NCBI GenBank assembly: GCA_963677415.2
Contig: CAXXFJ010000033.1
Span: 24,115 to 88,114, forward strand
Direction of reading: 5' to 3'
Origin: Bacteroidales bacterium
GTDB lineage: Bacteria > Bacteroidota > Bacteroidia > Bacteroidales > JAQUTK01
DNA: 64,000 nucleotides
Shown here: piece by piece, positions 1 to 11,274 of the stretch
Position numbering within the stretch: position 1 is the stretch's first letter
How the letters are laid out: every line of letters begins with the position of its first letter
The notes under the pieces: generated by a model
Told to the model about the DNA's origin: nothing
Seen by the model: only the letters and a program-made list of their open reading frames with translations
The model's database searches: none
Program-made: the position numbers and the translations under genes

Positions 1-1176
1 ATCATGTGGAGTATAGGGAATGAAGTTCGTGAACAGAGCAAACCAGAAGGAAAAGAAGTTGCTGCATTCTTGAGTAATATTTGTCACAAACTTGATCCAA
101 CCCGTCCAACTACTTCCGGTTTTAACAGCCATAACGCTGCGATCAAAAACGGACTAAGTGATGTTGTTGATTTGGTAGGTTTCAACTACAAGCCATCGGA
201 TTATAAAAATAAACATACACTATACCCAAATTATGTGCTATATGGAAGCGAAACAGCATCTACAGTCAGTTCGCGTGGAGAATATAAATTTCCGGCTAAG
301 GAAAATAAAGGTGCTTGGTATCAGGATTATCAGGTTTCGGGTTACGATTACGATTATCCGGGATGGGCATCAACACCAGATACCGAGTTTGAAATGCAGG
401 ACGAAAACGAATTTATTCTTGGCGAGTATGTTTGGACCGGATTTGATTATTTGGGAGAACCAACACCCTATAACGAGGGAACACCTGCAAGAAGTTCATA
501 TTTTGGAATTGTAGATTTGGCAGGTTTGAAAAAGGACCGTTTTTATCTTTATCAAAGCAAGTGGAGTGATGCGCCGGTTTTGCATCTTCTTCCACATTGG
601 AATTGGCCAGAACGTGTTGGAATGAATGTGCCGGTTATGTGTTATACCAATTATCCGAAAGCCGAACTATTCGTAAATGGGGTGAGTGCCGGTGTGCGAC
701 AAAAAGACAAGAGCAATAAATATACACGCTACAGGTTGATATGGAATGATGTTGTTTATCAGCCAGGTGAGATTAAGGTGGTTGCTTATGATGATCAAAA
801 CAAGGTTGTTGCCGAACAAATTATAAAAACCGCCGGTGAACCATATTCGGTAAAATTATCAACAGAAAGAGATTCAATAAAAGCCGATGGAAAAGATTTA
901 TCCTTTGTTACGGTTGAATTGTTTGATAAGGATGGAAATCTTTGTCCGCGAGCCGATAATTTTCTTTTCTTCGAGGTAAAAGGAGCAGGTAAGTTAAAAG
1001 CATTATGCAACGGTAATGCCATAGATCAAACCTCATTTGCATCGAATTACATGCGGGCATTTAATGGGGAAATGATAGCAGTAATAGAACCAGGAGAAGA
1101 ACCCGGTGAGATTTCCTTAGTAGTTTCGGGCGGGAAATTGATAGGGAAGGAACTAAAAATAATTGCAGAGAGATAA
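1..1176 (+). CDS. Glycoside hydrolase family 2 (beta-galactosidase-like), C-terminal part; 5' end lies outside the window
   Basis: The frame is open to base 1. The WSIGNE acid/base motif sits at the start of the fragment. The C-terminal Ig-like module 'KADGKDLSFVTVELFDKDGN' recurs in the two other GH2 ORFs of this window. Confidence 0.85.
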   Translation: MMWSIGNEVREQSKPEGKEVAAFLSNICHKLDPTRPTTSGFNSHNAAIKNGLSDVVDLVGFNYKPSDYKNKHTLYPNYVLYGSETASTVSSRGEYKFPAKENKGAWYQDYQVSGYDYDYPGWASTPDTEFEMQDENEFILGEYVWTGFDYLGEPTPYNEGTPARSSYFGIVDLAGLKKDRFYLYQSKWSDAPVLHLLPHWNWPERVGMNVPVMCYTNYPKAELFVNGVSAGVRQKDKSNKYTRYRLIWNDVVYQPGEIKVVAYDDQNKVVAEQIIKTAGEPYSVKLSTERDSIKADGKDLSFVTVELFDKDGNLCPRADNFLFFEVKGAGKLKALCNGNAIDQTSFASNYMRAFNGEMIAVIEPGEEPGEISLVVSGGKLIGKELKIIAER

Positions 1177-1310
1177 TTATTTAATTAGAGTTCTGTCGTT
1201 CAGATATTATATCAGGAGGTATTTTACTATTAAAGGTATCAGATAAACCAAATGAATAGTTTAGCAAATAGCGCTCCTCTAATATAAGTCATACCAATAA
1301 AATAATAAAA

Positions 1311-2861
1311 ATGAAACGCATAACAGTACTTTTCCTTCTAGTGTTAATATCCATTTCAGGTCTAATAATGCCTATAAACCTCAATGCTCAGATGAATATC
1401 CGCGTTAGAGGAAACGGAGTAGATATTGACAATGTAGGCAGCTCAGATTATGTAGAATACAAACTAATATATCCTCTTTCAACGAGATTGGAATGGGAGA
1501 AACGTTACCTCATTCCTGGTAAGTTTCATCTGTTTGGTGACCGACCTGCTGCAATAGTGAATAAAGATTTTGCTACCATCCCTATTGCTAGTGGCTATTT
1601 CGATAAAGACGATACTCGCCAGGATTACTCTTTGGATAGCTTTTCAGCCGATAAACCAGGGTATGTAACAATTGCAGTACCCACAGATTCACTTACATCG
1701 TTGGGATGGTATCGCATAACCGGTTCCTTTAGTAGTACAATCACAAAATATTACTTATACAGGTATAAATATACCGATGTGGGCACATGGGTGGATATAC
1801 CCAAAACGAGAGAAGCAACGCCAACCCTGTTATTTGCAGAAAAGGGAAGTTTAAAGTTTGATAACCCGCTTCCGCTATCTGATCTGTCTGAGGGTGTACT
1901 GATAACAAAAAATATTGGTGACTATAACAAAGGCCCCTATATTGTTGATCCATTTCTTCTCATTATGCCCAATGGCGATTATATTGCGGGAGCTAACGGC
2001 GAACTGAGTTTCGAGCGGCAATTTGGACCTGATACGGATGTAGCACGGCTCTGGATATCCAAAGATAAAGGTTTGACCTGGAAACAGTTGACAAAATCGC
2101 CACTTGGTGTCCTGCATGCTTCTACTTTTTACCACGATGGAGCATTGTATTCCTTGGGAGATGTGATGGAGGGATATGGAGGCATTGTAAAATCTACCGA
2201 TGGCGGTCAGACATGGTCAGATCCGGTGCGGCTTAATTTTAAGGTTCGCAATTCGCCTTCTCATGTGGTAGTCAGCCAAGGCAGATACTGGTTAGCAATG
2301 GAAAGTCCAGTTAGTGCCATATCCGCATCTGTAACTAGCGATCTGATGGATCCTAATAGTTGGGTTCTTGCCATAAGGCAGGATAAAAACAAAACGGGCA
2401 ATGAAGCAGATATGATCGTTGCCAGAGATGGTGCTCCCGTTATTATACCCAAAGGGACCAAGAAGATCAGAGTCCTCAGTCCTACAGAAACGATAGTGGA
2501 TAATGAGGAGGATTTATTTTCACTTATGGGCAATGGATCAAAATACAGTATGATATATGATCCCATATCGGATAAATACTGGGCCTTAACAAGCTATTCA
2601 CCCATGGAAGGTAACATTAGGACAGGAATTGTACTGTCAAGCTCATCGGACCTTAAAATATTTACGGTTGTAAAACAGATTATTCAGGGAAAATCCAGTA
2701 GCTTTCATGGCTTTAATTATCCATTCATGCAAATTGACGGAGATGATATCGTTTTTGTTTTGAGAACTTCCTGGGAAGATGAAGATGGACAGGCCCAGCG
2801 TTGGCATGATGCAGATATGCTCACTTTTCATCGCATCCGCAATTTCAGGGCAAATGATTGA
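1311..2861 (+). CDS. BNR/Asp-box beta-propeller protein, sialidase-like glycoside hydrolase (secreted)
   Basis: 516-aa ORF with the signal peptide MKRITVLFLLVLISISG. It has two Asp-box motifs, SKDKGLTW and STDGGQTW. Confidence 0.6.
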   Translation: MKRITVLFLLVLISISGLIMPINLNAQMNIRVRGNGVDIDNVGSSDYVEYKLIYPLSTRLEWEKRYLIPGKFHLFGDRPAAIVNKDFATIPIASGYFDKDDTRQDYSLDSFSADKPGYVTIAVPTDSLTSLGWYRITGSFSSTITKYYLYRYKYTDVGTWVDIPKTREATPTLLFAEKGSLKFDNPLPLSDLSEGVLITKNIGDYNKGPYIVDPFLLIMPNGDYIAGANGELSFERQFGPDTDVARLWISKDKGLTWKQLTKSPLGVLHASTFYHDGALYSLGDVMEGYGGIVKSTDGGQTWSDPVRLNFKVRNSPSHVVVSQGRYWLAMESPVSAISASVTSDLMDPNSWVLAIRQDKNKTGNEADMIVARDGAPVIIPKGTKKIRVLSPTETIVDNEEDLFSLMGNGSKYSMIYDPISDKYWALTSYSPMEGNIRTGIVLSSSSDLKIFTVVKQIIQGKSSSFHGFNYPFMQIDGDDIVFVLRTSWEDEDGQAQRWHDADMLTFHRIRNFRAND

Positions 2862-2890
2862 ATTAGGCAAATAATAAATTAGAGAATCTC

Positions 2891-4132
2891 ATGAAGGACA
2901 AGAAATTTTATCCATGGTTGGTGGTTGGTATGCTTTGGTTTGTGGCTTTGCTAAATTATCTTGACAGGCAGATGCTTGCAACCATGAAGCCATCAATGAT
3001 GATTGATATTGCAGAATTGACTTCAGCAACAAATTTTGGACGGCTGATGGCAGTATTTCTTTGGATATACGCATTGATGAGCCCAATTTCCGGACTTATT
3101 GCCGACCGTCTCAATAGAAAGTGGCTAATTGTTGGCAGTATATTCGTTTGGTCTGCAGTTACCTTGCTTATGGGTTATGCCACAACATTTAATCAACTTT
3201 ATGTCCTGAGGGCAATCATGGGTATCAGTGAAGCCTTCTATATTCCCGCAGGACTGGCACTAATTGCTGATTATCATACAGGAAAAACAAGGTCATTTGC
3301 CATTGGCATTCATACAACAGGTATTTATTTAGGTCAGGCGCTTGGTGGATTTGGGGCGACAATAGCCAGTAATTTTTCGTGGCAAATAACATTCCATTCC
3401 TTTGGGTTTATTGGGATAGCTTATAGTCTTGTTCTAATTCTTTTCCTGAAGGAGAAAAAAGGATATGTTCAGGATACAAAGAAGAAAAATTCATTTTTCA
3501 AGGAGTTTTCTTCTTCATTTAAAGGATTGGGCGTGTTGCTTGGTAACATTTCCTTTTGGGTTTTACTCTTTTATTTTTCAGCGCCGAGCCTTCCGGGTTG
3601 GGCAACAAAAAACTGGCTTCCTACACTCTTCTCCAATACACTCCATTTAGATATGGCAACAGTAGGACCTATGGCAACGATAACAATAGCCATGGCTTCT
3701 TTTGTCGGCGTGTTATTAGGAGGCCTGCTATCAGACATATGGGTTCAAAAGCACTTAAAAGGAAGGATTTTTACAGGGGTAATCGGATTAGCCCTTACAA
3801 TTCCAGCATTGATTTTGCTTGGATATGGCCATAGTTTTGTAGCCATTTTTACGGGAGCAATATTTTTTGGTTTGGGTTTCGGTATTTTTGATGTCAATAA
3901 CATGCCAATTCTTTGCCAGTTTGTTTCGGCACGTTACAGGGCTACCGGATATGGCTTGATGAATTTGGTCGGAATAGCTTCAGGTGCTTTTATTACATCA
4001 TTTCTCGGTAAATCGCAGGATGCCGGGAATCTTGGGAAGGACTTTGCCATACTTGGCATATTTGTAGTCTTGGCAATTGTCCTTCAGCTCACCATGCTGC
4101 ACCCTAAACAAATTGATAAAGTTGACGATTAA
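2891..4132 (+). CDS. MFS transporter
   Basis: 413-aa ORF that is hydrophobic throughout (about 12 helices). It has an MFS-type TM2-3 loop 'GLIADRLNRKW'. Confidence 0.8.
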   Translation: MKDKKFYPWLVVGMLWFVALLNYLDRQMLATMKPSMMIDIAELTSATNFGRLMAVFLWIYALMSPISGLIADRLNRKWLIVGSIFVWSAVTLLMGYATTFNQLYVLRAIMGISEAFYIPAGLALIADYHTGKTRSFAIGIHTTGIYLGQALGGFGATIASNFSWQITFHSFGFIGIAYSLVLILFLKEKKGYVQDTKKKNSFFKEFSSSFKGLGVLLGNISFWVLLFYFSAPSLPGWATKNWLPTLFSNTLHLDMATVGPMATITIAMASFVGVLLGGLLSDIWVQKHLKGRIFTGVIGLALTIPALILLGYGHSFVAIFTGAIFFGLGFGIFDVNNMPILCQFVSARYRATGYGLMNLVGIASGAFITSFLGKSQDAGNLGKDFAILGIFVVLAIVLQLTMLHPKQIDKVDD

Positions 4133-4237
4133 AAAGATAAATAGCGAGATATTTATATGGTCTTTCTTTAATCTCATTTTGAAGTAGTTCGAAGATTAGT
4201 AAGTTAATCCATGGTTTAAAATTATATTTCGAAGTAT

Positions 4238-7213
4238 ATGAATTACATGCAATTTTTTAAAAAGACTCTTACTGTTGGATTTGCAGCATTTATTATTAAT
4301 TCGGGAGGGCTTTTTTCGCAAACGAACAATAATGCCATACTTCTTGAGCAATCTTTCAATTTTCCTTCGGTTTCAGCACGATCGTACGTTTGGTGGCATT
4401 GGATGAATGGCAACATCTCTAAAGCTGGCATTACTGCCGATTTAGAATCAATGAAACGAGTGGGTATTGCTGGAGCGATAATCTTTAACATCGGAAAATC
4501 GTCGATTACTAATATACCCAACGGAAATGTAGATTATATGAGTCCGGAATGGTTGGATATGGTACAATTCGCCTCGATGGAGGCTAAAAGGTTTGGGTTG
4601 GAGCTTGGCTTGTCTAATAGTGCCGGTTGGTCTGGTACCGGAGGAAAGTGGGTTACACCTGAAAATTCCATGAAGAATTTGGTATGGAGTGAGACTGCAG
4701 TTAACAGATTGACAGGGCAGCCAGTCCAATTGCCTCAGCCACCCACAAAGCTCGACTTCTATCGGGATGTTGTGGTGATTGCTTTTCCCTCTTCAGAATC
4801 AAAAACGGAAGCCATTACCAATGAGAATATTTTGAATTTGACAGACAAAATGGATGCTAATGGCTATTTGAATTGGCGGCCAACCACAGGAGACTGGACT
4901 GTGTTACGTTTTGGTTATACAACATCTGGAAGGTTGGTTCGCCCTGCACCTGAATCAGCTAAGGGTTTGGAAACGGATAAAATGAGCCGCCAGGCTCTGG
5001 ATGCCCATTGGGACGCAGGAGTACAACCTGTGCTGGACAAACTGGGCTCACTTGCTGGAGATGTGATGTCAACCATATTACTCGACAGTTACGAAGCATT
5101 TCCACAGCGCTGGACTGCTGCTATGCCGGAAGAGTTTCTGAAACGGCGAGGATATGATTTGATCCACTACCTGCCGGTATTGGCTGATCGGGTGGTTGTT
5201 AGCCGCGAGGTAAGTGATCGCTTTTTGTGGGACTTTAATAGAACAGTTAAAGATTTATTTACTGAAAACTTCTACGACTATTTTGCCGAGAAATGCCATA
5301 AGGCCGGGCTGAAATTTGCCAGTGAGCCATACGGTAACGGCGATTTTGACGAGCTGCAAGCAGGCGCACTGGCTGATATTACTATGGGCGAATTTTGGGT
5401 AAATGGAGGAGGAGATTCTCCTAAACAAGTAGCATCAATCGCTCACACAAATGGTAAAAAGGTTGTAGGCTCGGAGGCGTTCACAGATAGACCACCACAA
5501 GGCGGTCGCTGGATGAATTATCCCGGTTTGCTAAAGGCAAGTGGTGATCTGATGTGGTGTAACGGCGTTAATCGTTTCTACCTTCATAGCTATCCTCATC
5601 AGCCATGGTTCGACAAATTTCCGGGCATGACTATGGGCAGGTATGGAACCCACTTTGGCCGTACCACCACTTGGTGGGAACAAAGCGGAGCATGGATGAA
5701 TTACTGCGCACGTAGTCAGTCTTTACTTCAACAAGGTCGTTTCGTGGCTGATGTGTTGATATTCGATGCAGAAGGTTCGTCAGAAAAAAACAATATTAAT
5801 ACGTCAGACCTGCGCAAAGCAGGTTATGATTACGATTTGGTTGGAATCAATTTATTTAGCCAGCTTCGGGTAGAAAATGGTTTGGTGGTCTTGCCTTCAG
5901 GAATGTGTTACCAATTGTTGGTACTGAATAACACCTCACGCCTTACTCCATCTTATGTTAATAAAGTCCGCGATTTGGTGCGCGATGGTGCAACAGTAAT
6001 TGCCAAACAACCAGAAGGTTCTCCCAGTTTAGTGAATTTTCCGCAGTGTGACGACCAGGTAAAAACCATTGCCAACCAACTTTGGGGTGCTGGCAGTAAT
6101 ACTGCTTCCGGTGATCATGTCTTTGGTAAAGGCCATGTCATCTGGGGGTGCAAACCCGTGGATGTTCTCGCAGGATTGAAGTTGAAGCCTGATTTTAAAC
6201 CAACTGAAACGGACGATAAATTACATTATATACATCGGGAATTAGACGGTGTCGATATTTATTTTATTTCATATCAGGGTAAAGAGATCAAAATGGCGGA
6301 TTGTTTTTTCCGCGTTACCGGACGGCAGCCTGAGTTGTGGAATCCGCTAACCGGCGAAATGAAGCCCGCAGGATTATGGCAATCAGTGGAAGACGGTACT
6401 CGGGTAATTTTGTCACTTGACTCTCTAAGTTCGGTATTTGTGGTTTTCCGCAAACCGGAAACTTCCAAAACAACAACCTATACCGCAATACAATCCGATA
6501 AGGCATCTGATTCGCAATGGCTCCCGGAAGTAATTGTAACACCTAAGGGTGCGCAATTGCTTGCTTGGAACAATGGCCGTTACACGTTGAAAACTAAGGC
6601 GGGCAAAGAAAAGAGCATCACGTTTCGTTCCGTACTTAAACCCATTACTCTGAATCAACCATGGACGGTTGATTTCACTTCCGGGTGGGGCGCACCAACC
6701 CAAATCAAATTGCTACAGTTGCAGGACTGGTCAAAAAATTCCGATCCCGGTGTTCGGTATTATTCAGGAACCGGAATTTATCGGACAGACTTGAGATTGC
6801 CGGATCATTTTTTATCGAATGCTGATCGTATCGTATTAGATTTGGGTCAGGTAAGTATATTGGCAGAAGTAATTCTAAACGGAAAGAATTTGGGTGTCAT
6901 TTGGTGCACTCCTTATCGCGTTGATATTACCAATGCAGCAAAGGCAGGGGTCAACAAACTGGAAATTCGCGTAACTAATCTCTGGCCTAACCGCATGATT
7001 GGCGATGAGCAAAATCCGGATGATGTGGAATGGGCTGCCTCTGGATTGAAGGAGTGGCCAGATTGGATGAAAAACGGTACATCTCGTCCTTCCACAAACC
7101 GATTTACTTTTGCAACATGGCATCATTGGAATAAAGACGAAGCCTTGTTGCCTTCAGGTCTGTTAGGCCCCGTACAAGTACATGCAGGCCAATTTGTAAG
7201 TATCACCAAGTAG
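4238..7213 (+). CDS. GH106-like glycoside hydrolase (alpha-L-rhamnosidase family type), secreted
   Basis: 991 aa with a signal peptide. The N-terminal signature is 'YVWWHWMNGNISKAGITADLESMKRVGIAG'. The C-terminal galactose-binding-like module is 'YYSGTGIYR...NLWPNRMIGDEQ'. It is a paralogue of the next ORF. Confidence 0.6.
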   Translation: MNYMQFFKKTLTVGFAAFIINSGGLFSQTNNNAILLEQSFNFPSVSARSYVWWHWMNGNISKAGITADLESMKRVGIAGAIIFNIGKSSITNIPNGNVDYMSPEWLDMVQFASMEAKRFGLELGLSNSAGWSGTGGKWVTPENSMKNLVWSETAVNRLTGQPVQLPQPPTKLDFYRDVVVIAFPSSESKTEAITNENILNLTDKMDANGYLNWRPTTGDWTVLRFGYTTSGRLVRPAPESAKGLETDKMSRQALDAHWDAGVQPVLDKLGSLAGDVMSTILLDSYEAFPQRWTAAMPEEFLKRRGYDLIHYLPVLADRVVVSREVSDRFLWDFNRTVKDLFTENFYDYFAEKCHKAGLKFASEPYGNGDFDELQAGALADITMGEFWVNGGGDSPKQVASIAHTNGKKVVGSEAFTDRPPQGGRWMNYPGLLKASGDLMWCNGVNRFYLHSYPHQPWFDKFPGMTMGRYGTHFGRTTTWWEQSGAWMNYCARSQSLLQQGRFVADVLIFDAEGSSEKNNINTSDLRKAGYDYDLVGINLFSQLRVENGLVVLPSGMCYQLLVLNNTSRLTPSYVNKVRDLVRDGATVIAKQPEGSPSLVNFPQCDDQVKTIANQLWGAGSNTASGDHVFGKGHVIWGCKPVDVLAGLKLKPDFKPTETDDKLHYIHRELDGVDIYFISYQGKEIKMADCFFRVTGRQPELWNPLTGEMKPAGLWQSVEDGTRVILSLDSLSSVFVVFRKPETSKTTTYTAIQSDKASDSQWLPEVIVTPKGAQLLAWNNGRYTLKTKAGKEKSITFRSVLKPITLNQPWTVDFTSGWGAPTQIKLLQLQDWSKNSDPGVRYYSGTGIYRTDLRLPDHFLSNADRIVLDLGQVSILAEVILNGKNLGVIWCTPYRVDITNAAKAGVNKLEIRVTNLWPNRMIGDEQNPDDVEWAASGLKEWPDWMKNGTSRPSTNRFTFATWHHWNKDEALLPSGLLGPVQVHAGQFVSITK

Positions 7214-7251
7214 ATTCAGTATAAGGAACCATCATTAATAGTTTTATTTAT

Positions 7252-10200
7252 ATGGAACGTCGACAATTTCTAAAAAATAGTTTTGCAGTAGGGATAGTAA
7301 CAGTCTTAACTCCAAATGGCATACTATTTTCATGCAGGAGCAATTCAGTCAGTTCATTGGAACCATCTTTCAATACTCCTCCTTCTTCTGCAAAACCTTA
7401 TACCTGGTGGCACTGGATAAATGGCAACGTCACTAAAGATGGAATAACCCGCGATTTAGAAGCAATGGCCAAAGTGGGTATCGGAGGTTTTCAGACTTTC
7501 TCTGCCGATTCCGGAATTCCTTCAGGACCAGCCGAATACTTAAGTCCCTTGTGGATAGATTTAATGCAACATGCAGCTAAAGAGGCCGGAAGGTTAGGTC
7601 TTGAATTTGACATGCACAATTGCATGGGATGGAGTTCGAGCGGTGGTAGCTGGATTACGCCAGAACTCTCTATGCAACAGATAGTTTGGAGTGAAAACTA
7701 TGTCGAGGGAGGAAAACTTGTTTCATTGAAACTGAGACAGCCGTTCAAAAGGTTAGATTACTATAAAGATGCTTTAGTGTTAGCTTTTCCGTCTGAAGAT
7801 TGCGATAATGCACTCTATCAAGCAAAAAAAATCACAATTAACGGTGTGCCAATTAGTGCAGAAGAAATTTTAAAATGCGATTATTCCTCCGGTGTTAAAG
7901 CCATATCTACTGATCCCTCACTGCCATCTTATCTTCTTTTTGAATTTGAAAACCCCGTCGAGATCCGATCTATTACCATAAATTCAACGGAGATCAAAGA
8001 GTCAAAAAACAATTTAGGAGATAGTATCCTTTTGGAAGCATCGAATGATGGATCTAACTTTACTAAGATTACAGAACTTACTAATTTCAACCAAAATATT
8101 GAAATACCTTCTTTTGCAGGGTTTCCTGTTGAGAAAGCCAACTATTTTCGATTAATGATACCCATGGCCAGAAGCGTTTCTTATGTTAGACTATCTGGAT
8201 TGGAAAGCATCAACGAGTGGCCATTCAAGGCCAATTATCCGAAACTAGGAAAATTCAATCCCAATGTAGAGCTGAATGAAAGCATTCATGACGAAATAAT
8301 TTCTAAGTCCGCAATCAATCCGACTGAAGTAATTGATATTTCGAAATGTATGAATGAGAATGGTGAACTAAATTGGGATGCCCCTTATGGTCAATGGACT
8401 ATCTTACGTTTTGGTCATACCACTACTGGCGTAAAAAATCGACCTGCTGAAGGCAAAGGATTGGGGTTGGAATGTGACAAATTCAGTAGCGATGCCTTTG
8501 ACTTCCATTTCAACTACATGCTTGAACATGTAATGCCAGCACTTAAACCTCTGATACAGAAAGGGTCGGTGGGCATGTTAATAGATAGCTATGAAGTGGA
8601 CATGCAAAATTGGACTTCAAAAATGCCACAAGAGTTTAAAGCCAGAAGAGGGTATGATATACTAAATTACCTTCCTGTACTTACAGGAAGGGCTGTTGGG
8701 AATGCCAATCTTTCAGAGCGTTTTCTTTGGGATTTTAGAAGAACCTGTGCCGACATGATGAAGGAACATTATCAGGGAAGGTTTGTCGAATTATGTAAAA
8801 GAAACAACATTATTTCTTCTACTGAACCTTACAATCACTCACCATTCGAGCAAATGCAGGCAGGGGCAAAAATGGATGTAAATCTGAGTGAATTTTGGCT
8901 AAAGACTCCACATTTTTGCCATTCCATCAAACTGGCATCCTCTATTCAAAATATGAATGGAAAACAGATTGTTGGAGCAGAATCTTTTACCGGCCGTCCT
9001 TACTATTCTAAATGGCAGGAGTATCCATTTAGTATGAAGGCACAGGGTGATTTCATGTTTACCCGTGGGATCAATCGGTTTATTTTTCACCGTTATGCTC
9101 ATCAACCACATCCAACGGTAATGCCCGGTATGACAATGGGGCCTTGGGGCTTCCATTTCGATCGTACCAATACCTGGTTCTTTCAGGGACGAAAATGGCT
9201 TGAATATGCATCGCGATGCCAGTTTATGCTGCAACAAGGCATTTTTGTTGGCGATGTAATGTGCTATACCGGCGATGAAGCTCCCGGCGATGATTTATCC
9301 ATGGGGGAGTTACGACCAGATTTGCCTGAGGGCTATGGTTTTCAATTCGCCAATAAGGACATTATACTTAACCGGGTAAGAATTGTAAACGGAACTATTC
9401 TGTTGCCCGATGGGCTTTCGTTTAGCTTGATGTTATTACCGGGCAAGAAGTGTATGACAATCGAAGTTCTCCGTAAGCTAAAAGAGCTTGTAAGTCAGGG
9501 CATGATTCTCGTTGGACAGAAGCCTTCCACCATCCCCAGCTTAACTAATTTCACCGAAAACCTCGCAGAGTTTATTCAATTAGTAGCTGACATCTGGGGA
9601 ACAGATAATAATACTCCAATAGATAGAAAGTTGGGGCAGGGTAGGGTATTCTCCGGTACCCCAATTAAAGATGTTATTCAACTATTGGGATTAAAACCCG
9701 ATTTTATGTTTACCTCTAAATCAGGTGATGCTCCCATTAACTACATCCACCGGAAAACGGCGGATGGCCATATCTATTTTGTTGCTAACCGAAGAAGGTT
9801 TGAAGAAGATATCGTATGTGATTTCAGAGTGTCAGGATTTGAACCTGAATTGTGGGATGCCGATTCCGGCACAGAAATTCCAATAAGCTTGTACGACACC
9901 AAGGGAGGAATTACAACGATTCCTCTGCATCTTGATCCGGCAGGATCCTTATTTGTTGTGTTTAGAAAACCGGTTTCCAACGACCGGCTGATTTCCCTGA
10001 CTAAAAATGGTTTTCCTCAACTTGGCATCCAACACTTCATTCAGGATACATCGAAACTTAAAAGTCAACTGGTAAATAATTTTACGGTTAGTTTATGGGT
10101 AAAACCCGAAACCGATGAACTCATACCCGAAGAGTTGGGTCAATTTACCGAAACCACAAGATACACATCGAGTTATCCGGTCTATCCACCTCCAGGTAAG

Positions 10201-11274
10201 CGATTGTTTGGAGAGGGTCACACCTCATTTTGCTTATTAGTTGCCCGTAATGGGGTAGCAGTTTTTGAAAAAGAGGATGAAAACTTACAGGCAGTTGTTA
10301 TTGCTCAAATGCCATTATCCAGTTGGACTCATTTTGCTGTTGTATATCAGGATGGGATTCCCTCGCTGTATGTAAACGGCGCGTTTATAAATAAAGGAAT
10401 AAAGTCCGATAAGAAGGTACATCCCGTTATTGGCCAAGACTTTAAAAACGACAAACTATTTTATTATGATGGCGATTTAAGCAGACCGGAAGTTTTTAAT
10501 GAACCGTTCACTGAATCCAAGATTAAAGCTATTGTTGCTAAAGGTTGTCCAGTTCAGGTGCTGACAATAAGTGTTGAACCTGCTTTGATAAAAAACCCTT
10601 CATGGCTTTTTTGGGACAATGGCCAGTATGAATTCAAAACTTCTAAGGGAAATAGTTTCAAGGTATCCATCACTGAAATACAGAAACCAGTAGAATTAAC
10701 AGGGTCGTGGACAGTCAATTTCCCATCTGGTTTGGGAGCACCCTCGCAAATCGTGCTGCCTGAATTGATTTCGTTACATACCCATGCCAATAGTGAAGTG
10801 AAATACTTCTCTGGCACAGCTACTTATAGTAAGACGTTTAAAGTAAATCAGACGCTGATTGCTGAAGGAAAAAGGGTATTCCTTGATTTGGGAAGGATTG
10901 CAGTAATTGCGGAAATTGCTGTTAATGGCAAAGAGCTTGAAATACTTTGGAAACCACCCTACCGTTTGGATATAACGGATATTGTTAAAGTTGGCGACAA
11001 CGATTTGCACATTAAAGTTACCAATCAATGGCCTAATCGATTAATAGGCGATGAACAACTACCCGCCGAAAACGAATATGGAAAATTTACAGAAACGGGA
11101 GCTGCCATACAGAAATTGCCCGAATGGTACCAACAGAGCAAACCAAAACCAGCCGGAGGACGGATTACCTTCTCTACCTGGCAGCATTTTAGAAAGGATT
11201 CCCCATTACTTGAATCGGGATTAATTGGGCCGGTAGTCATTCGAAATGCCATTGTGAAAAAGATTTTGAGCTGA
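7252..11274 (+). CDS. GH106-like glycoside hydrolase with inserted discoidin-like and LamG-like modules; Tat-type signal
   Basis: 1340 aa with the twin-arginine motif 'ERRQFLK'. It carries the same 'YTWWHWINGNVTKDGITRDLEAMAKVGIGG' and 'NQWPNRLIGDEQ' modules as 4238-7213. It also has an F5/8-C-like insert (about 7800-8220) and a LamG-like insert 'FTVSLWVKP...WTHFAVVYQDGIPSLYVNG' (about 10070-10545). Confidence 0.6.
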   Translation: MERRQFLKNSFAVGIVTVLTPNGILFSCRSNSVSSLEPSFNTPPSSAKPYTWWHWINGNVTKDGITRDLEAMAKVGIGGFQTFSADSGIPSGPAEYLSPLWIDLMQHAAKEAGRLGLEFDMHNCMGWSSSGGSWITPELSMQQIVWSENYVEGGKLVSLKLRQPFKRLDYYKDALVLAFPSEDCDNALYQAKKITINGVPISAEEILKCDYSSGVKAISTDPSLPSYLLFEFENPVEIRSITINSTEIKESKNNLGDSILLEASNDGSNFTKITELTNFNQNIEIPSFAGFPVEKANYFRLMIPMARSVSYVRLSGLESINEWPFKANYPKLGKFNPNVELNESIHDEIISKSAINPTEVIDISKCMNENGELNWDAPYGQWTILRFGHTTTGVKNRPAEGKGLGLECDKFSSDAFDFHFNYMLEHVMPALKPLIQKGSVGMLIDSYEVDMQNWTSKMPQEFKARRGYDILNYLPVLTGRAVGNANLSERFLWDFRRTCADMMKEHYQGRFVELCKRNNIISSTEPYNHSPFEQMQAGAKMDVNLSEFWLKTPHFCHSIKLASSIQNMNGKQIVGAESFTGRPYYSKWQEYPFSMKAQGDFMFTRGINRFIFHRYAHQPHPTVMPGMTMGPWGFHFDRTNTWFFQGRKWLEYASRCQFMLQQGIFVGDVMCYTGDEAPGDDLSMGELRPDLPEGYGFQFANKDIILNRVRIVNGTILLPDGLSFSLMLLPGKKCMTIEVLRKLKELVSQGMILVGQKPSTIPSLTNFTENLAEFIQLVADIWGTDNNTPIDRKLGQGRVFSGTPIKDVIQLLGLKPDFMFTSKSGDAPINYIHRKTADGHIYFVANRRRFEEDIVCDFRVSGFEPELWDADSGTEIPISLYDTKGGITTIPLHLDPAGSLFVVFRKPVSNDRLISLTKNGFPQLGIQHFIQDTSKLKSQLVNNFTVSLWVKPETDELIPEELGQFTETTRYTSSYPVYPPPGKRLFGEGHTSFCLLVARNGVAVFEKEDENLQAVVIAQMPLSSWTHFAVVYQDGIPSLYVNGAFINKGIKSDKKVHPVIGQDFKNDKLFYYDGDLSRPEVFNEPFTESKIKAIVAKGCPVQVLTISVEPALIKNPSWLFWDNGQYEFKTSKGNSFKVSITEIQKPVELTGSWTVNFPSGLGAPSQIVLPELISLHTHANSEVKYFSGTATYSKTFKVNQTLIAEGKRVFLDLGRIAVIAEIAVNGKELEILWKPPYRLDITDIVKVGDNDLHIKVTNQWPNRLIGDEQLPAENEYGKFTETGAAIQKLPEWYQQSKPKPAGGRITFSTWQHFRKDSPLLESGLIGPVVIRNAIVKKILS

